DNA from: an uncultured delta proteobacterium
GTDB taxonomy: Bacteria; Myxococcota_A; UBA9160; UBA4427
Length of the DNA: 64,000 nucleotides
Direction of reading: 5' to 3'
Assembly: GCA_963822965.1 (NCBI GenBank)
Contig: CAWGJT010000005.1
Location: forward strand, 608,001-672,000
Position numbers and translations under genes: made by a program. The notes beneath the pieces are model-generated. The model had not been told where the DNA came from. It did no database searches and saw nothing but the letters and a program-made list of their open reading frames with translations. The stretch's first letter is position 1; each line of letters begins with the position of its first letter. Shown here piece after piece: positions 42,350 to 51,895 of the stretch.

Positions 42350-43525
42350 ATGTACATCGACTACACGCCCGAGCAGAAGGCCCTGCGCGACGAGCTGCGC
42401 GCCTACTTCGCGAAGCTGATGACCCCCGAGCGGCGCGCCGAGCTCGAGGGCATGGAGGGCGGCCCGACCTACCGCGAGGTGATCCGCCAGATGGGCCGGG
42501 ACGGCTGGCTCGGCGTCGGCTGGCCCAAGGAGTTCGGGGGCCAGGGTCGCACCGCCCTCGAGCAGTTCATCTTCATCGACGAGGTCCGACGGGCGGGGGC
42601 TCCCTTCCCGTTCGTCACCCTGAGCACGGTCGGGCCGGTCCTGATGGCGCTCGGCTCCGAGGAGCAGAAGGCCGAGTACCTGCCCCGCATCCTGGCCGGC
42701 GAGATCCACTTCGCCATCGGCTACACGGAGCCAGAATCGGGGACCGACCTCGCGTCCCTCAGCACCGAGGCCGTGCGCGAGGGCGACGAGTACGTCATCA
42801 CCGGCACCAAGATCTACACCAGCGGCGCCAACGACGCCGACTACGTCTGGCTGGCCGCCCGCACGAGCAGCGAAGGCAAGAAGCACCACGGCATCACGAT
42901 CTTCATCCTCGACACGAAGGATCCCGGCTTCAGCGCATCGCTCATCCACACCGTCGGCAACGGCGCCACCTGCATGAGCTACTACGACCACTGCCGCGTG
43001 CCCGCCCGCAACATCGTCGGCGGGCTGAACGGCGGCTGGCGACTCATCACCAGCCAGCTCAACCACGAACGCGTGGGCCTCGCCGCCTTCGGCGCGCTCT
43101 CCCTCAAGCACCTGGACGACGTGGTGGCCTGGGCGCGCCAGACCGAGGCCGAGGACGGCCGCCCCGTGGCCGAGAAGCCCTGGGTCCAGATGGCGCTCGG
43201 CGAGGCGAAGGCGCGGCTCGAGGCGATGAAGATCATGAACTGGCGGATGGCCTGGGAGATCGAGCGCGGCGCGCCCGACCCGGCCCGGTCCTCGGCCGTC
43301 AAGGTCTACGGGACCGAGACCGTGATCGAGGTCTACCGCCTGCTGCTCGACGTGGTGGGCGCGGCGGGCGCGATCCGCGCGGGCTCGCCGTCGGCCGTGC
43401 TGCACGGCGAGCTCGAGGTGAACTACCGCGCCTGCCAGATCAACACCTTCGGCGGCGGCGTGAACGAGATCCAGCGCGAGATCGTCTCCATCGCCGGGCT
43501 GCGCATGCCGCGCGTGCCGCGATAG
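42350..43525 (+). CDS. acyl-CoA dehydrogenase, FadE29/ChsE2-like
   Basis: GWLGVGWPKEFGGQG, FAIGYTEPESGTDLASL, QLNHERV, INTFGGGVNEIQREI. Confidence 0.9.
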   Translation: MYIDYTPEQKALRDELRAYFAKLMTPERRAELEGMEGGPTYREVIRQMGRDGWLGVGWPKEFGGQGRTALEQFIFIDEVRRAGAPFPFVTLSTVGPVLMALGSEEQKAEYLPRILAGEIHFAIGYTEPESGTDLASLSTEAVREGDEYVITGTKIYTSGANDADYVWLAARTSSEGKKHHGITIFILDTKDPGFSASLIHTVGNGATCMSYYDHCRVPARNIVGGLNGGWRLITSQLNHERVGLAAFGALSLKHLDDVVAWARQTEAEDGRPVAEKPWVQMALGEAKARLEAMKIMNWRMAWEIERGAPDPARSSAVKVYGTETVIEVYRLLLDVVGAAGAIRAGSPSAVLHGELEVNYRACQINTFGGGVNEIQREIVSIAGLRMPRVPR

Positions 43526-43540
43526 GACGGAGAGCCATCC

Positions 43541-43990
43541 ATGTCGGACTCCAAGGCCAAGGCCGAGCCCACACCGCAGCCCCGGGGACCGCGCGCCGGT
43601 CGCCGCCCCCGGCCGGGCATCACCCACGACAATCGCTTCTTCTGGCAGGGCGTCGCCGAGGGAAAGCTCCTGATCCAGCGCTGCGCGTCCTGCAAGAAGC
43701 TGCGGCACCCGCCGGCGCCCATGTGCCGGCACTGCCGCTCCCTCGAGTGGGACACCGTGGAGGCCAGCGGGCGGGGTGTGGTCTACAGCTACGTCCGGCA
43801 CTACCACCCACAGATTCCGCCCTTCGAGCCGGGACACCCCATAGCGGTGATCGAGCTCGAAGAAGGCACCCGGCTCGTGAGCGACCTCGTCGGCATCGAC
43901 GGCGCCGACGTGAAGATCGGGCTGCCCGTCCGCGTGGAGTTCAACGCCGTCGACGACGAGCTCACCCTGCCCCAGTTCCGCCCGGCCTGA
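43541..43990 (+). CDS. DUF35 Zn-ribbon/OB-fold protein (ChsH2 C-terminal-like)
   Basis: FFW.G..EGKLLIQRCASC...HPP.PMC..C; ASGRG.VYSY; IELEEG.RLV. Confidence 0.92.
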   Translation: MSDSKAKAEPTPQPRGPRAGRRPRPGITHDNRFFWQGVAEGKLLIQRCASCKKLRHPPAPMCRHCRSLEWDTVEASGRGVVYSYVRHYHPQIPPFEPGHPIAVIELEEGTRLVSDLVGIDGADVKIGLPVRVEFNAVDDELTLPQFRPA

Positions 43991-44010
43991 GCGCCGGCAG
44001 CGAGGATCCG

Positions 44011-45148
44011 ATGGACTTCTCCTTCAGCGAAGAGCAGGAGGCGGTGCGAGAGCTGGCCGCGCAGATCCTGGCCGACTACGCCGGACACGAGCGGCTGCGC
44101 GAAGTCGAGCGGTCCGCGGACGGCGTCGACCGCGAGCTGTGGAGCGCCCTCGCCGGGGCCAACCTTCTGGGGCTCACCCTGGCGGAAGCCTGGGGCGGCT
44201 CGGCGATGGGGCTCACCGAGCTCGCCATCCTGCTCGAGGCCCAGGGGCGCTCGCTGGTCCAGGTGCCGCTGCTGGCCACCCTCGTGATGGGTGCCCTGCC
44301 GGTGGAGGCGTTCGGAAGCGAGGCGCAGAAGCAGCGCCTGCTGCCCGGCGTGGCCTCGGGCGACACGATCCTGAGCGCCGGGCTCAGCGAGTACGCGGCC
44401 TTCGATCCCGCGCGGCCGCGCACGACCGCCGCGGCCGACGGCGACGCGTGGCGGCTCGAGGGCGAGAAGATCTGCGTGCCGGCCGGCCGGCTGGCCGCCC
44501 GCATCCTGGTGCCCGCGCGCACCCGGGACGACGCCGTTGGCGTCTTCCTCGTGGATCCCGCGAGCGAGGGCGTGACCCTCGAGCCCCAGGAGGCCACCAA
44601 CCACGAAGCCCAGGTGCGGCTCACCCTGTCCGGCGTGCGGGTGCCCGGCGAGGACGTGCTCGGCTCCCCGGTCGGCGGCCTGGAGATCGTCCGCTTCATC
44701 GAGGAGCGCGCCACGGCGGGCCTGTGCGCGATCACCCTGGGCGTCGCCGAGGAGGCCCTGCGCCGCACCGCCGAGTACACGGGCGTCCGCAAGCAGTTCG
44801 GCCGCCCCATCGGCTCGTTCCAGGGGGTCTCCCTGCGCGCCGCGGACGCCTACATCGACGTCGAGGCCATGCGCTCGACCCTCTGGCAGGCCGTCTGGCG
44901 CATCGACTCGGGCCTTCCGTCGCAGCTCGAGGTGGGCGTCGCCAAGTGGTGGGCGTGCCGCGGCGGACAGCGGGTGGTGCACACCGCCCAGCACCTGCAC
45001 GGCGGCACGGGGGCGGACATCGACTACCCGATCCACCGCTACCTGCTCTGGTCCAAGCAGCTCGATCTCACCCTCGGCGGCGCGTCGCTTCCAGCTCGCG
45101 CGGATCGGTGCGCTGGTCGCCGCGGGCACCGGCCTGGAGGCAAGGTGA
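44011..45148 (+). CDS. acyl-CoA dehydrogenase, FadE28/ChsE1-like; frameshift near 45090 falsely fuses it to the next gene
   Basis: MDFSFSEEQ, RKQFGRPIGSFQGV, AQHLHGG.GADIDYPIHRY; corrected frame ends at the TGATG overlap 45146-45150. Confidence 0.88.
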
Positions 45149-46329
45149 TGCGACTCGACAACGGCCTCCGGGACAAGACCGCGATCGTCGGCATCGGCGC
45201 CACCGAGTTCTCGAAGGACTCCGGCCGCAGCGAGCTGCGCCTGGCGGTGGAGGCCATCTCGGCGGCGCTCGACGATTGCGGGCTGGAGCCGCGGGACGTG
45301 GACGGCATGTGTGCGTTCACGATGGAGAACAACCCCGACAACGAGATCATCCGCTGCATGGGGATCGACGGGCTGCGCTGGTTCAGCCGCACCCACTACG
45401 GCGGCGGCGCCGCCTGCGCGACGGTGCACCAGGCCGCTACCGCGGTGGCGGCCGGCGTCGCAGACGTGGTGGTCTGCTATCGCGCGATGAACGAGCGCTC
45501 CCAGCAGCGCTTCGGCGCCGGCGTCCAGAACCGCCCGGCGATGCCGACCACGGAAGCAGCCCACTTCGGCTGGTACGCGCCCTTCGGCCTGCTGACCCCC
45601 GCCTCCTGGGTGGCGATGTTCGGCCAGCGCTACCTCTACGAGTACGGAGCTACCAGCGAGGCCTTCGGCCACGTCGCGGTGGCGGATCGCAAGCACGCGG
45701 CCACCAATCCCCGGGCGTGGTTCTACGAGCGCCCGATCACCCTGGAAGACCACCAGAGCTCGCGCTGGGTGGTGGACCCCCTGCGCCTCCTCGACTGCTG
45801 CCAGGAGAGCGACGGCGCCCAGGCGCTGATCGTGACCAGCGCCGAGCGCGCACGGGACCTCAGGCAGAAGCCCGCCCTCATCCGCGCCTCCGCCCAAGGC
45901 ATGTGCGAAGACCAGCAGATGATGACGAGCTACTACCGCGAGAGCCTGGTGGGCCTGCCCGAGATGGGCCTGGTTGCGAAGCAGCTCTACGCGACTTCGG
46001 GACTCGGTCCCCAGGACCTCCAGACCGGCGTCATCTACGACCACTTCACGCCGTTCGTGCTGGTGCAGCTCGAGGAGTTCGGCTTCTGCAAGCCGGGCGA
46101 GGCGCCGGACTTCGTGAGCAACGGCAACATCGAGGTCGGCGGTGGCTTTCCGATCAACACCAACGGCGGACAGCTCGGCGAGGCGTACATCCACGGTATG
46201 AACGGCATCGCCGAGGCGGTGCGACAGGTGCGCGGGACCGCGGTCAACCAGGTGGACGCCGTCGAGAACGTCCTGGTCACCGCGGGCACCGGCGTGCCCA
46301 CCAGCGCGGCCATTCTCGGCGTCGCCTGA
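45148..46329 (+). CDS. ltp2: lipid-transfer protein / thiolase-like aldolase, Ltp2-like
   Basis: GIGATEFSKDSGRSELRLA, VVCYRAMNERS..RFG, DCCQESDG, YDHFTP, NTNGGQLGEAYIHG, AGTGVPTS. Confidence 0.85.
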   Translation: MRLDNGLRDKTAIVGIGATEFSKDSGRSELRLAVEAISAALDDCGLEPRDVDGMCAFTMENNPDNEIIRCMGIDGLRWFSRTHYGGGAACATVHQAATAVAAGVADVVVCYRAMNERSQQRFGAGVQNRPAMPTTEAAHFGWYAPFGLLTPASWVAMFGQRYLYEYGATSEAFGHVAVADRKHAATNPRAWFYERPITLEDHQSSRWVVDPLRLLDCCQESDGAQALIVTSAERARDLRQKPALIRASAQGMCEDQQMMTSYYRESLVGLPEMGLVAKQLYATSGLGPQDLQTGVIYDHFTPFVLVQLEEFGFCKPGEAPDFVSNGNIEVGGGFPINTNGGQLGEAYIHGMNGIAEAVRQVRGTAVNQVDAVENVLVTAGTGVPTSAAILGVA

Positions 46330-46406
46330 CGCGCTTCGCGATCGGCTTCGCGACGATCGCGAGGACGGCCGATTGACGGGCCTCGGCCCTGTGCGAGAGT
46401 AGGCGC

Positions 46407-47702
46407 GTGCCCGTCGACGTCCGCATGCCCGAGCTCTCCTCCGACATGACGGAGGCCGACCTCGTCTCCTGGCTCGTCAAGCCGGGCGACCGCGTCGCGG
46501 CGGGCGACCTCATCGCCGAGCTCGAGACCGAGAAGTCGACGGTGGAGTTCGAGTCGCCCGTGAGCGGCACCCTGCTCGAGATCGTCGTGCCCCAGGGCAC
46601 GAACGGCGTGCAGGTCGGCACGGTCCTGGCGCGCTTCGAGAGCGACGGCGGCGAGACGGCGACGCCCTCCTCCCGGGAAGCCGACGCCGAGCCGCCGGGG
46701 GCGTCGGCCCCGAGAACCGAGCCCGAGCGTGCGGCCGTCATGGCCGAGCCGACGAACGCCGCGGCGACGGCCGAGCCCACGAGCGCAGCCCAGGCCCCTG
46801 CGCCCGAGCCCGAAGCCGCCGGGGCCGCCCCGGGTGGTGAGCGCGGGGCGACGGCGCTGGCGCGGCGCGTGGCCGCCCAGTCGGGGGTCCCCCTCTCCCA
46901 GGTGACGGGAAGCGGGCCCGGCGGGCCGCATCCTGAAGGCCGACGTGCAGGCCGCCGCGAGCCGGGAGACCGAGCCCGACACGCCGCCGGACGTGCCCAG
47001 GGAGTCCGTTCCGTTCGAGAGCGATACACCGTTCGAGCTGGTGCCGCTCTCGCGCATGCGGCGGACCATCGCCACCCGACTCGCCGAGGCGAAGCGCACC
47101 ATCCCTCACTTCTACCTGCGGGTGGAGTGCGAGATCGACCGCCTGCTCGAGCTGCGCGGGCGCTTCAACACCGGCGAGCACCGCATCTCCGTCAACGACT
47201 TCGTGGTGCGGGCAGCCGCGCTGGCTCTGGTCGAGGTCCCCGAGGCGAACGTCTCCTTCCGCGAAGACGCGTTGGTCCAGTACCAGCGCGCCGACGTGGC
47301 GGTCGCCGTCGCCACCGAGGGCGGTCTGCTGACGCCCATCGTGCGCGAGGCCGACCGCAAGGAGCTGACCGTGCTCTCGCAGGAGCTGCGCGAGCTCGCC
47401 GCGCGGGCCCGCGAGGGGCGGCTCGCGCCCGGGAGTACCAGGGCGGCAGCTTCACGGTCTCGAACCTCGGCATGTACGGCGTCGAGAGCGTCTACCCCAT
47501 CGTCAATCCGCCGCAGAGCTGCATCCTCGGTGTGGGCGCCGGCGTGCAGCGGCCGGTGGTTCGGAACGGGGGCCTGGCCGTGGGGACCGTGATGACCTGC
47601 ACCCTCTGCGCCGATCATCGCGCCGTGGACGGCGCCGTGGGCGCCCGCTGGCTGGCCGCACTCAAGCGCCGGCTCGAGGATCCGCTGGAGATGTTGCTCT
47701 GA
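46407..47702 (+). CDS. dihydrolipoamide acyltransferase (E2 component), frameshifted
   Basis: Lipoyl domain ETEKST; GSGPGGRI; IPHFYL; SNLGMYG, NPPQS.IL, DHRAVDG. Confidence 0.93.
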   Translation: MPVDVRMPELSSDMTEADLVSWLVKPGDRVAAGDLIAELETEKSTVEFESPVSGTLLEIVVPQGTNGVQVGTVLARFESDGGETATPSSREADAEPPGASAPRTEPERAAVMAEPTNAAATAEPTSAAQAPAPEPEAAGAAPGGERGATALARRVAAQSGVPLSQVTGSGPGGPHPEGRRAGRREPGDRARHAAGRAQGVRSVRERYTVRAGAALAHAADHRHPTRRGEAHHPSLLPAGGVRDRPPARAARALQHRRAPHLRQRLRGAGSRAGSGRGPRGERLLPRRRVGPVPARRRGGRRRHRGRSADAHRARGRPQGADRALAGAARARRAGPRGAARAREYQGGSFTVSNLGMYGVESVYPIVNPPQSCILGVGAGVQRPVVRNGGLAVGTVMTCTLCADHRAVDGAVGARWLAALKRRLEDPLEMLL

Positions 47703-47705
47703 GCG

Positions 47706-47772
47706 GTCAGCGCCCCGCTGGGGCGCTGACTTGCAGCCTGAGGACAACGCTGAGCGTTGTCCTCCTAGGAGG
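47706..47772. terminator. hairpins between convergent genes
   Basis: GTCAGCGCCCC-GCT-GGGGCGCTGAC; AGGACAACGC-TGA-GCGTTGTCCT; palindrome CCTCCTAGGAGG. Confidence 0.55.
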
Positions 47773-47818
47773 TCGTGCCCACCCGGCCGGGGCGAGCGGG
47801 GCGCAGGGCCGGACCGGG

Positions 47819-48880
47819 TCAGCCTCCAGACGAAGACGCCTTCGGGTCCGTCCCCGGCCATCCCGGGGTGTGCCACGAGGCGCCGTCGGCCTCGACGACG
47901 AGCGCCTCCGCACCACGCGCACGGAGCGCCGCGCGGCCCTCTTCGGGGGACAGGATCAGCAGGGCCGTGCTCAGCACCTCGGCCGTGGTGGCGTCGTCCG
48001 CGACCACCACGGCGCGACGGCCGGCGGTGAGCGCCTCGCCGCTGCGGGGGTCGACCACGTGTCCGAAGCGCGTCCCCCCGATCTCGCTCCACTGCCCCAG
48101 GCTCGACGACACCGACAACGCCTGGTCGCGCAGGTCGACGGTGCCCTGCAGTCCGCCGGCGTCGGTCCCGATGGCGAGACGCCACGCCGGCGCGTCGACC
48201 GGGCGGCCCAGGGCCCACAGGCTGCTCCGTCCGAAGCTCAGCAGGCCGCGGCCCAAGCCCGCGGACCGAAGCTGCAGCGCGATCTCGTCGAGCGCGAAGC
48301 CCTTGGCGATGCCGCCGAGGTCGATGGACATGCCGGGCTCGGGCAGCGCGGCCCTGTCGCCGGGCCCGAGCCGGATGCCGCCGCCGACACGCCGCCGGGC
48401 CTCGGCCAGCTCGCCGGCCGAGGGCCGGAGACCGCGCTCCGCGGCCCGGGTCCACAGGACGACGAGCGGGCCGACCGTGACGTCGAAGGCGCCCCGCGTT
48501 TCCCGCCGCCCTTCCTCGGCTCGCTGGAGGAGGGCGCGGAGCCTTGGGTCGATCGGCAGGGGCTCGCCACCCGCGGCGGCGTTCAGCCGGCTCACGGCGC
48601 TGGCGGGCTCGAAGCGACTGGCCATCGAGTCGAGGGTGCCTGCCGACTCGAAGGCGACCTCGAGCGCCTGCCGCGCGCGCGCGCGGTCGCGCACGGGCAC
48701 CAGCAGGGAGACGTCGAGCACGGTCCCCATCACGAGCCGCCCGTCCTCGACGGGAACGAGCGACGGCGGCGAGGCGACGCACCCGAACCCCGTCGCGAGC
48801 CCCAGACCGAGACAGCCCGCGAGCCCCAGGCCCAGCCCGGCGCGCCGGACGCAGGCACGCAGACGACGCGAGCGCTGCAT
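47819..48880 (-). CDS. apbE: FAD:protein FMN transferase, lipoprotein
   Basis: VMGT, S.VSRLN, GAFDVTVGPL..LW, IDLGGIAKGFALD, HVVDPRSG, AEVLSTAL. Confidence 0.93.
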   Translation of the reverse strand: MQRSRRLRACVRRAGLGLGLAGCLGLGLATGFGCVASPPSLVPVEDGRLVMGTVLDVSLLVPVRDRARARQALEVAFESAGTLDSMASRFEPASAVSRLNAAAGGEPLPIDPRLRALLQRAEEGRRETRGAFDVTVGPLVVLWTRAAERGLRPSAGELAEARRRVGGGIRLGPGDRAALPEPGMSIDLGGIAKGFALDEIALQLRSAGLGRGLLSFGRSSLWALGRPVDAPAWRLAIGTDAGGLQGTVDLRDQALSVSSSLGQWSEIGGTRFGHVVDPRSGEALTAGRRAVVVADDATTAEVLSTALLILSPEEGRAALRARGAEALVVEADGASWHTPGWPGTDPKASSSGG

Positions 48881-48894
48881 CGCGGGCCGGCCCT

Positions 48895-49467
48895 TCAGCG
48901 GTCCGTACGTTCCGGGTGGCCGAGGCCCGCCGGCGGGTCGTCCGGGAGATCGTCTTCGAGATCGTCCCAGGCTTCCCCGTCGAGGTTCTCCTGCGAGCCC
49001 GCGAAGACGGACCACACGGACACGCCGATCAGCACCGCGAGACTGCCCTGCAGGAGCAGGAACCCCGCCACCTTCACGATCGCGAAGGCCCCACCGCCGT
49101 AGCGTACGAGCCAGCCCGCGCCCTCGTCGAGCACGCCGGCGAAGAAGGGAACCGAGATGAGCCAGGCCTTCGCGCGCCCCGACATCGGCACGAAGAGCAT
49201 CAGGTGCGTCATCACCAGCAGCAGCATGCCGAACGCGAAGAGGTGGAAGTGGGAGATCTCGAGCAGGCCCTGGTAGGTGCGCGGCTGCGTGAACTGCTCG
49301 GGGTCGCCCAGGTAGTAGGCCACCACCGACGAAGGGGCGAGGCTCATCTTGGCGAAGTAGAGCGCCGCGTTGGTCAGCCACAACAGGCCGACGTAGACCG
49401 CGTACAGCAGGACGATGACCTGCAGCAGGCGATTGCGGGACCACTCTCCCGTTACCACGAAACGCAA
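48895..49467 (-). CDS. four-TM membrane protein with His-containing helix
   Basis: MRFVVTGEW...YYLG...LLEISHFHLFAFGMLLLVMTHL; TTG start assumed. Confidence 0.75.
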   Translation of the reverse strand: MRFVVTGEWSRNRLLQVIVLLYAVYVGLLWLTNAALYFAKMSLAPSSVVAYYLGDPEQFTQPRTYQGLLEISHFHLFAFGMLLLVMTHLMLFVPMSGRAKAWLISVPFFAGVLDEGAGWLVRYGGGAFAIVKVAGFLLLQGSLAVLIGVSVWSVFAGSQENLDGEAWDDLEDDLPDDPPAGLGHPERTDR

Positions 49468-49583
49468 CGCTCTCCAGGCCTCTCTTCCGGTCTTGCTTCG
49501 GTCTTCCCCAGCCCGTTCCTCGGCCCTTCGCGGCTCTTCCGGGCAGCGCCCGGCCTTCGGCGGACCGGCTCGTCCTGCCGAGC

Positions 49584-50135
49584 TCAGGGCGCCGCGGGCT
49601 CGGTCGGATGGATCAGCACCGCATAGTAGGCCAGCGCGCGCCGGACGCCGTCGGCGGCGGCCCGCGAGGACAGGGTGGCATTGACGACCCCGTGCACGTC
49701 GCTGCCGACGCGCAGGCGATCGTCCCGCGTCTTGCCCTCGAACTGCTCGTACCAGCGCTCCGAAGGCAGGTAGTCGAGGGGCTCGTGGAATGCGAGGATC
49801 CGCACCGAGCGGACGCGGCCCGAAGGATCCAGGACCACCATGAACGCCTCCGGCTGGGTTCGCACCGTGTGGACGTCGATGTGCGCGTATCCGAGCACCT
49901 CGTCGCCCCGATAGCCCGTCCAGATCGTCACGAGCTTGGACTCGAGCTGGGAGCGGGACTGCTCCTCGATCGCAGTCGTCTGCTCGGGCGTGAGGACGAA
50001 GGTCTCCTTCTCCACCCGATCCGCATCGGGGAAGGCCAGCGCGATCGCCTGCTGGCGGGAGTAGAACACCTTGGCGAGGGCTGCCGGGGCGGGGCCGGCG
50101 AGCAGCGCCGCAGCCAGCGCGAATCCCCACGCCAA
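49584..50135 (-). CDS. secreted FMN-binding domain protein
   Basis: Signal peptide ending ALA-K; FHEP.DYLP..RW..QF.G; flavinylation-type motif VVNATLSS; start uncertain. Confidence 0.85.
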   Translation of the reverse strand: MAWGFALAAALLAGPAPAALAKVFYSRQQAIALAFPDADRVEKETFVLTPEQTTAIEEQSRSQLESKLVTIWTGYRGDEVLGYAHIDVHTVRTQPEAFMVVLDPSGRVRSVRILAFHEPLDYLPSERWYEQFEGKTRDDRLRVGSDVHGVVNATLSSRAAADGVRRALAYYAVLIHPTEPAAP

Positions 50136-50184
50136 CCGAGCGCACCTGCCCCGCCGAGCCGGCGACCCGGGACCCGGACGAGCC

Positions 50185-51582
50185 TCAGAAGACGAAGCCG
50201 ATGCTCGCCTCGAACTCATCCGAGATGGCCCCCCGTTTCGCATCGAAGTCACGGTAGTCGATCTTGATGACGACCTGCGGGATCGGCTTGAAGCTCATCC
50301 CGACCACGTACAGGTCGAAGTCCTGAAGCTGGTCCTTCCGGAAGCCGCCGGCCACCCGATGCTGGGTGTCCAGGTACTCGTACCGGAAGAAGGGCTCCAG
50401 GGACATCCGGGTCTGCTCGACGAAGAGCGGAAGCACGTCGTAGCCCACCTCCGCGTAGCCTCCGATCATCTGCTGCGCCACGGACTCGTCCGGCGCCAGG
50501 CCGATCGCCGCGAGAGCTGCCCCGCATCCGCCACGAAGGCCTGAGCGAAGACCCCCCGCAGCGAGAGGCCCCGGGCCTTGTACTGGGCGTGAAGCTCGTA
50601 GATGTGCACGAACGAGTCGGGCACCTTGAAGTCGGTGGGGGTGCTGTTCACGTCGCGGGTCACGGTCTGGTTCTGTCCGGACTTGCCTGCGTAGACCGAG
50701 CCCCCGAACAGCAGGCCGGGCGCGAACGCGCTCATGTCGTAGTCGATGCGTCCCACGAAGGCGAAGTTGTCGGCGAGGGCCTCGCTGCCGTTCTGCCGGC
50801 CCTCCCGCAGCCCTTCCGCGTCGAAGCCCGTGGCGTCGAAGCCGTTCACGCCGTAGAAGCGATAGTCGAGGTCGCCGGCGGCCCCAAGACCGACCCGCCC
50901 GTAGATGCCGACCCCGTTCTCGCGCCAGGTGGTGGGCAGGATCCGCCGGTCGACCTCCGGGCGCGCTGCGCCGAAGTAGAACGGGGGCTCGTGCACCTCG
51001 TTGATGAAGCCCATGGGGATGAGGAGCAGACCGGTCCGGGCGTTGAGCCAGTCCTGGTAGCAGGAAGTCCAGGGTCAGGAACTCGACGCCCACGGCACCG
51101 TTGTCCTCGGTGTTGCCGTGCTCGAACTCGACCTCGGAGTTGAAGACGAGCCAGTCGTTGAACTTGTAGCCCGTGTAGAGCACGAGGCGGAGGGCATCGT
51201 AGATGCTCGCCTCCCCGTCGTCGTCGTCCGTGTAGTGACGAAATCGCACGTCGCCGTAGCCGCCGATCGAGAGCCCGCGGTCGCGCCGGTACACCTTCGA
51301 CGCGGCCGGGCCGAGGCCCGAGAAGCCGCCCGCTTCCGGATCGACCTCGTCGGGCACCGCCTGCTCGCTCTTCAGGTCGTCGATCTCCTCGGCGAGGACC
51401 TCGATCTTCTGCTCGAGCTCTTCGAGGGTGGGCTTGCGCGGCGCCTCGGCAGCCGGCTCCTCGCCGGAGCCCGGGTCCGCGAAGGCCGGCCCCCCGAACG
51501 CGAGGACGAGGAGCAGGGTGAGCAGAGCGGGGGCAGTGCGGTACGGCGGGCGGGTGGCCGGGGGGCGGGTGGACCGATCCAT
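50185..51582 (-). CDS. outer-membrane porin (OprO/OprP-like), frameshifted
   Basis: Signal peptide and coiled N-terminus; GLGPAASKVY, FNSEVEFEH, HEPP, ILPTTWRE.G, QVVIK.DY; C-terminal IGFVF. Confidence 0.85.
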   Translation of the reverse strand: MDRSTRPPATRPPYRTAPALLTLLLVLAFGGPAFADPGSGEEPAAEAPRKPTLEELEQKIEVLAEEIDDLKSEQAVPDEVDPEAGGFSGLGPAASKVYRRDRGLSIGGYGDVRFRHYTDDDDGEASIYDALRLVLYTGYKFNDWLVFNSEVEFEHGNTEDNGAVGVEFLTLDFLLPGLAQRPDRSAPHPHGLHQRGARAPVLLRRSAPGGRPADPAHHLARERGRHLRAGRSWGRRRPRLSLLRRERLRRHGLRRGRAAGGPAERQRGPRRQLRLRGTHRLRHERVRARPAVRGLGLRRQVRTEPDRDPRREQHPHRLQGARLVRAHLRASRPVQGPGPLAAGGLRSGLRGGCGAALAAIGLAPDESVAQQMIGGYAEVGYDVLPLFVEQTRMSLEPFFRYEYLDTQHRVAGGFRKDQLQDFDLYVVGMSFKPIPQVVIKIDYRDFDAKRGAISDEFEASIGFVF

Positions 51583-51598
51583 GGCTGAAGGGGCTCCA

Positions 51599-51756
51599 GA
51601 TAATGAAAAAGACTTTCGTTTTCAGAAAGGCGCAGCCGCGTTCTAACGAAAACGGTTTTCAATTTCAATAACAATTCTCCGGGAACGCCTTCCGCGGATC
51701 GGGAAGATCGAAATTGATTCCCATTGTTTTTCAGGTAGTTATGAAAATGATTGCCG
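51599..51756. promoter_or_regulatory. AT-rich promoter region with Fur-like boxes
   Basis: GATAATGAAAAAGACTTTCGTTTTC (51599), AACGAAAACGGTTTTCAATT (51645), TATGAAAATGATTG (51740). Confidence 0.65.
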
Positions 51757-51895
51757 GACCGCCGGGGTTTGCGGACGCAACACGCCCGAGAGCCCCGCCA
51801 AACGACGCCTCAACGTGTCGTGTCCGGCGTCCGATGAGCAGAGGCGGCTCGTCCGTTTCCTCTGATCCCATGGCGGGATGCGCAAGGAGCTACCC

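Noticed and set aside
42220..46329. 1369-aa ACAD-thiolase fusion
   Set aside because: One extra base near 45090 joins two genes; the corrected frame ends at a TGATG stop/start overlap. The N-terminal part is an off-frame reading of other genes.
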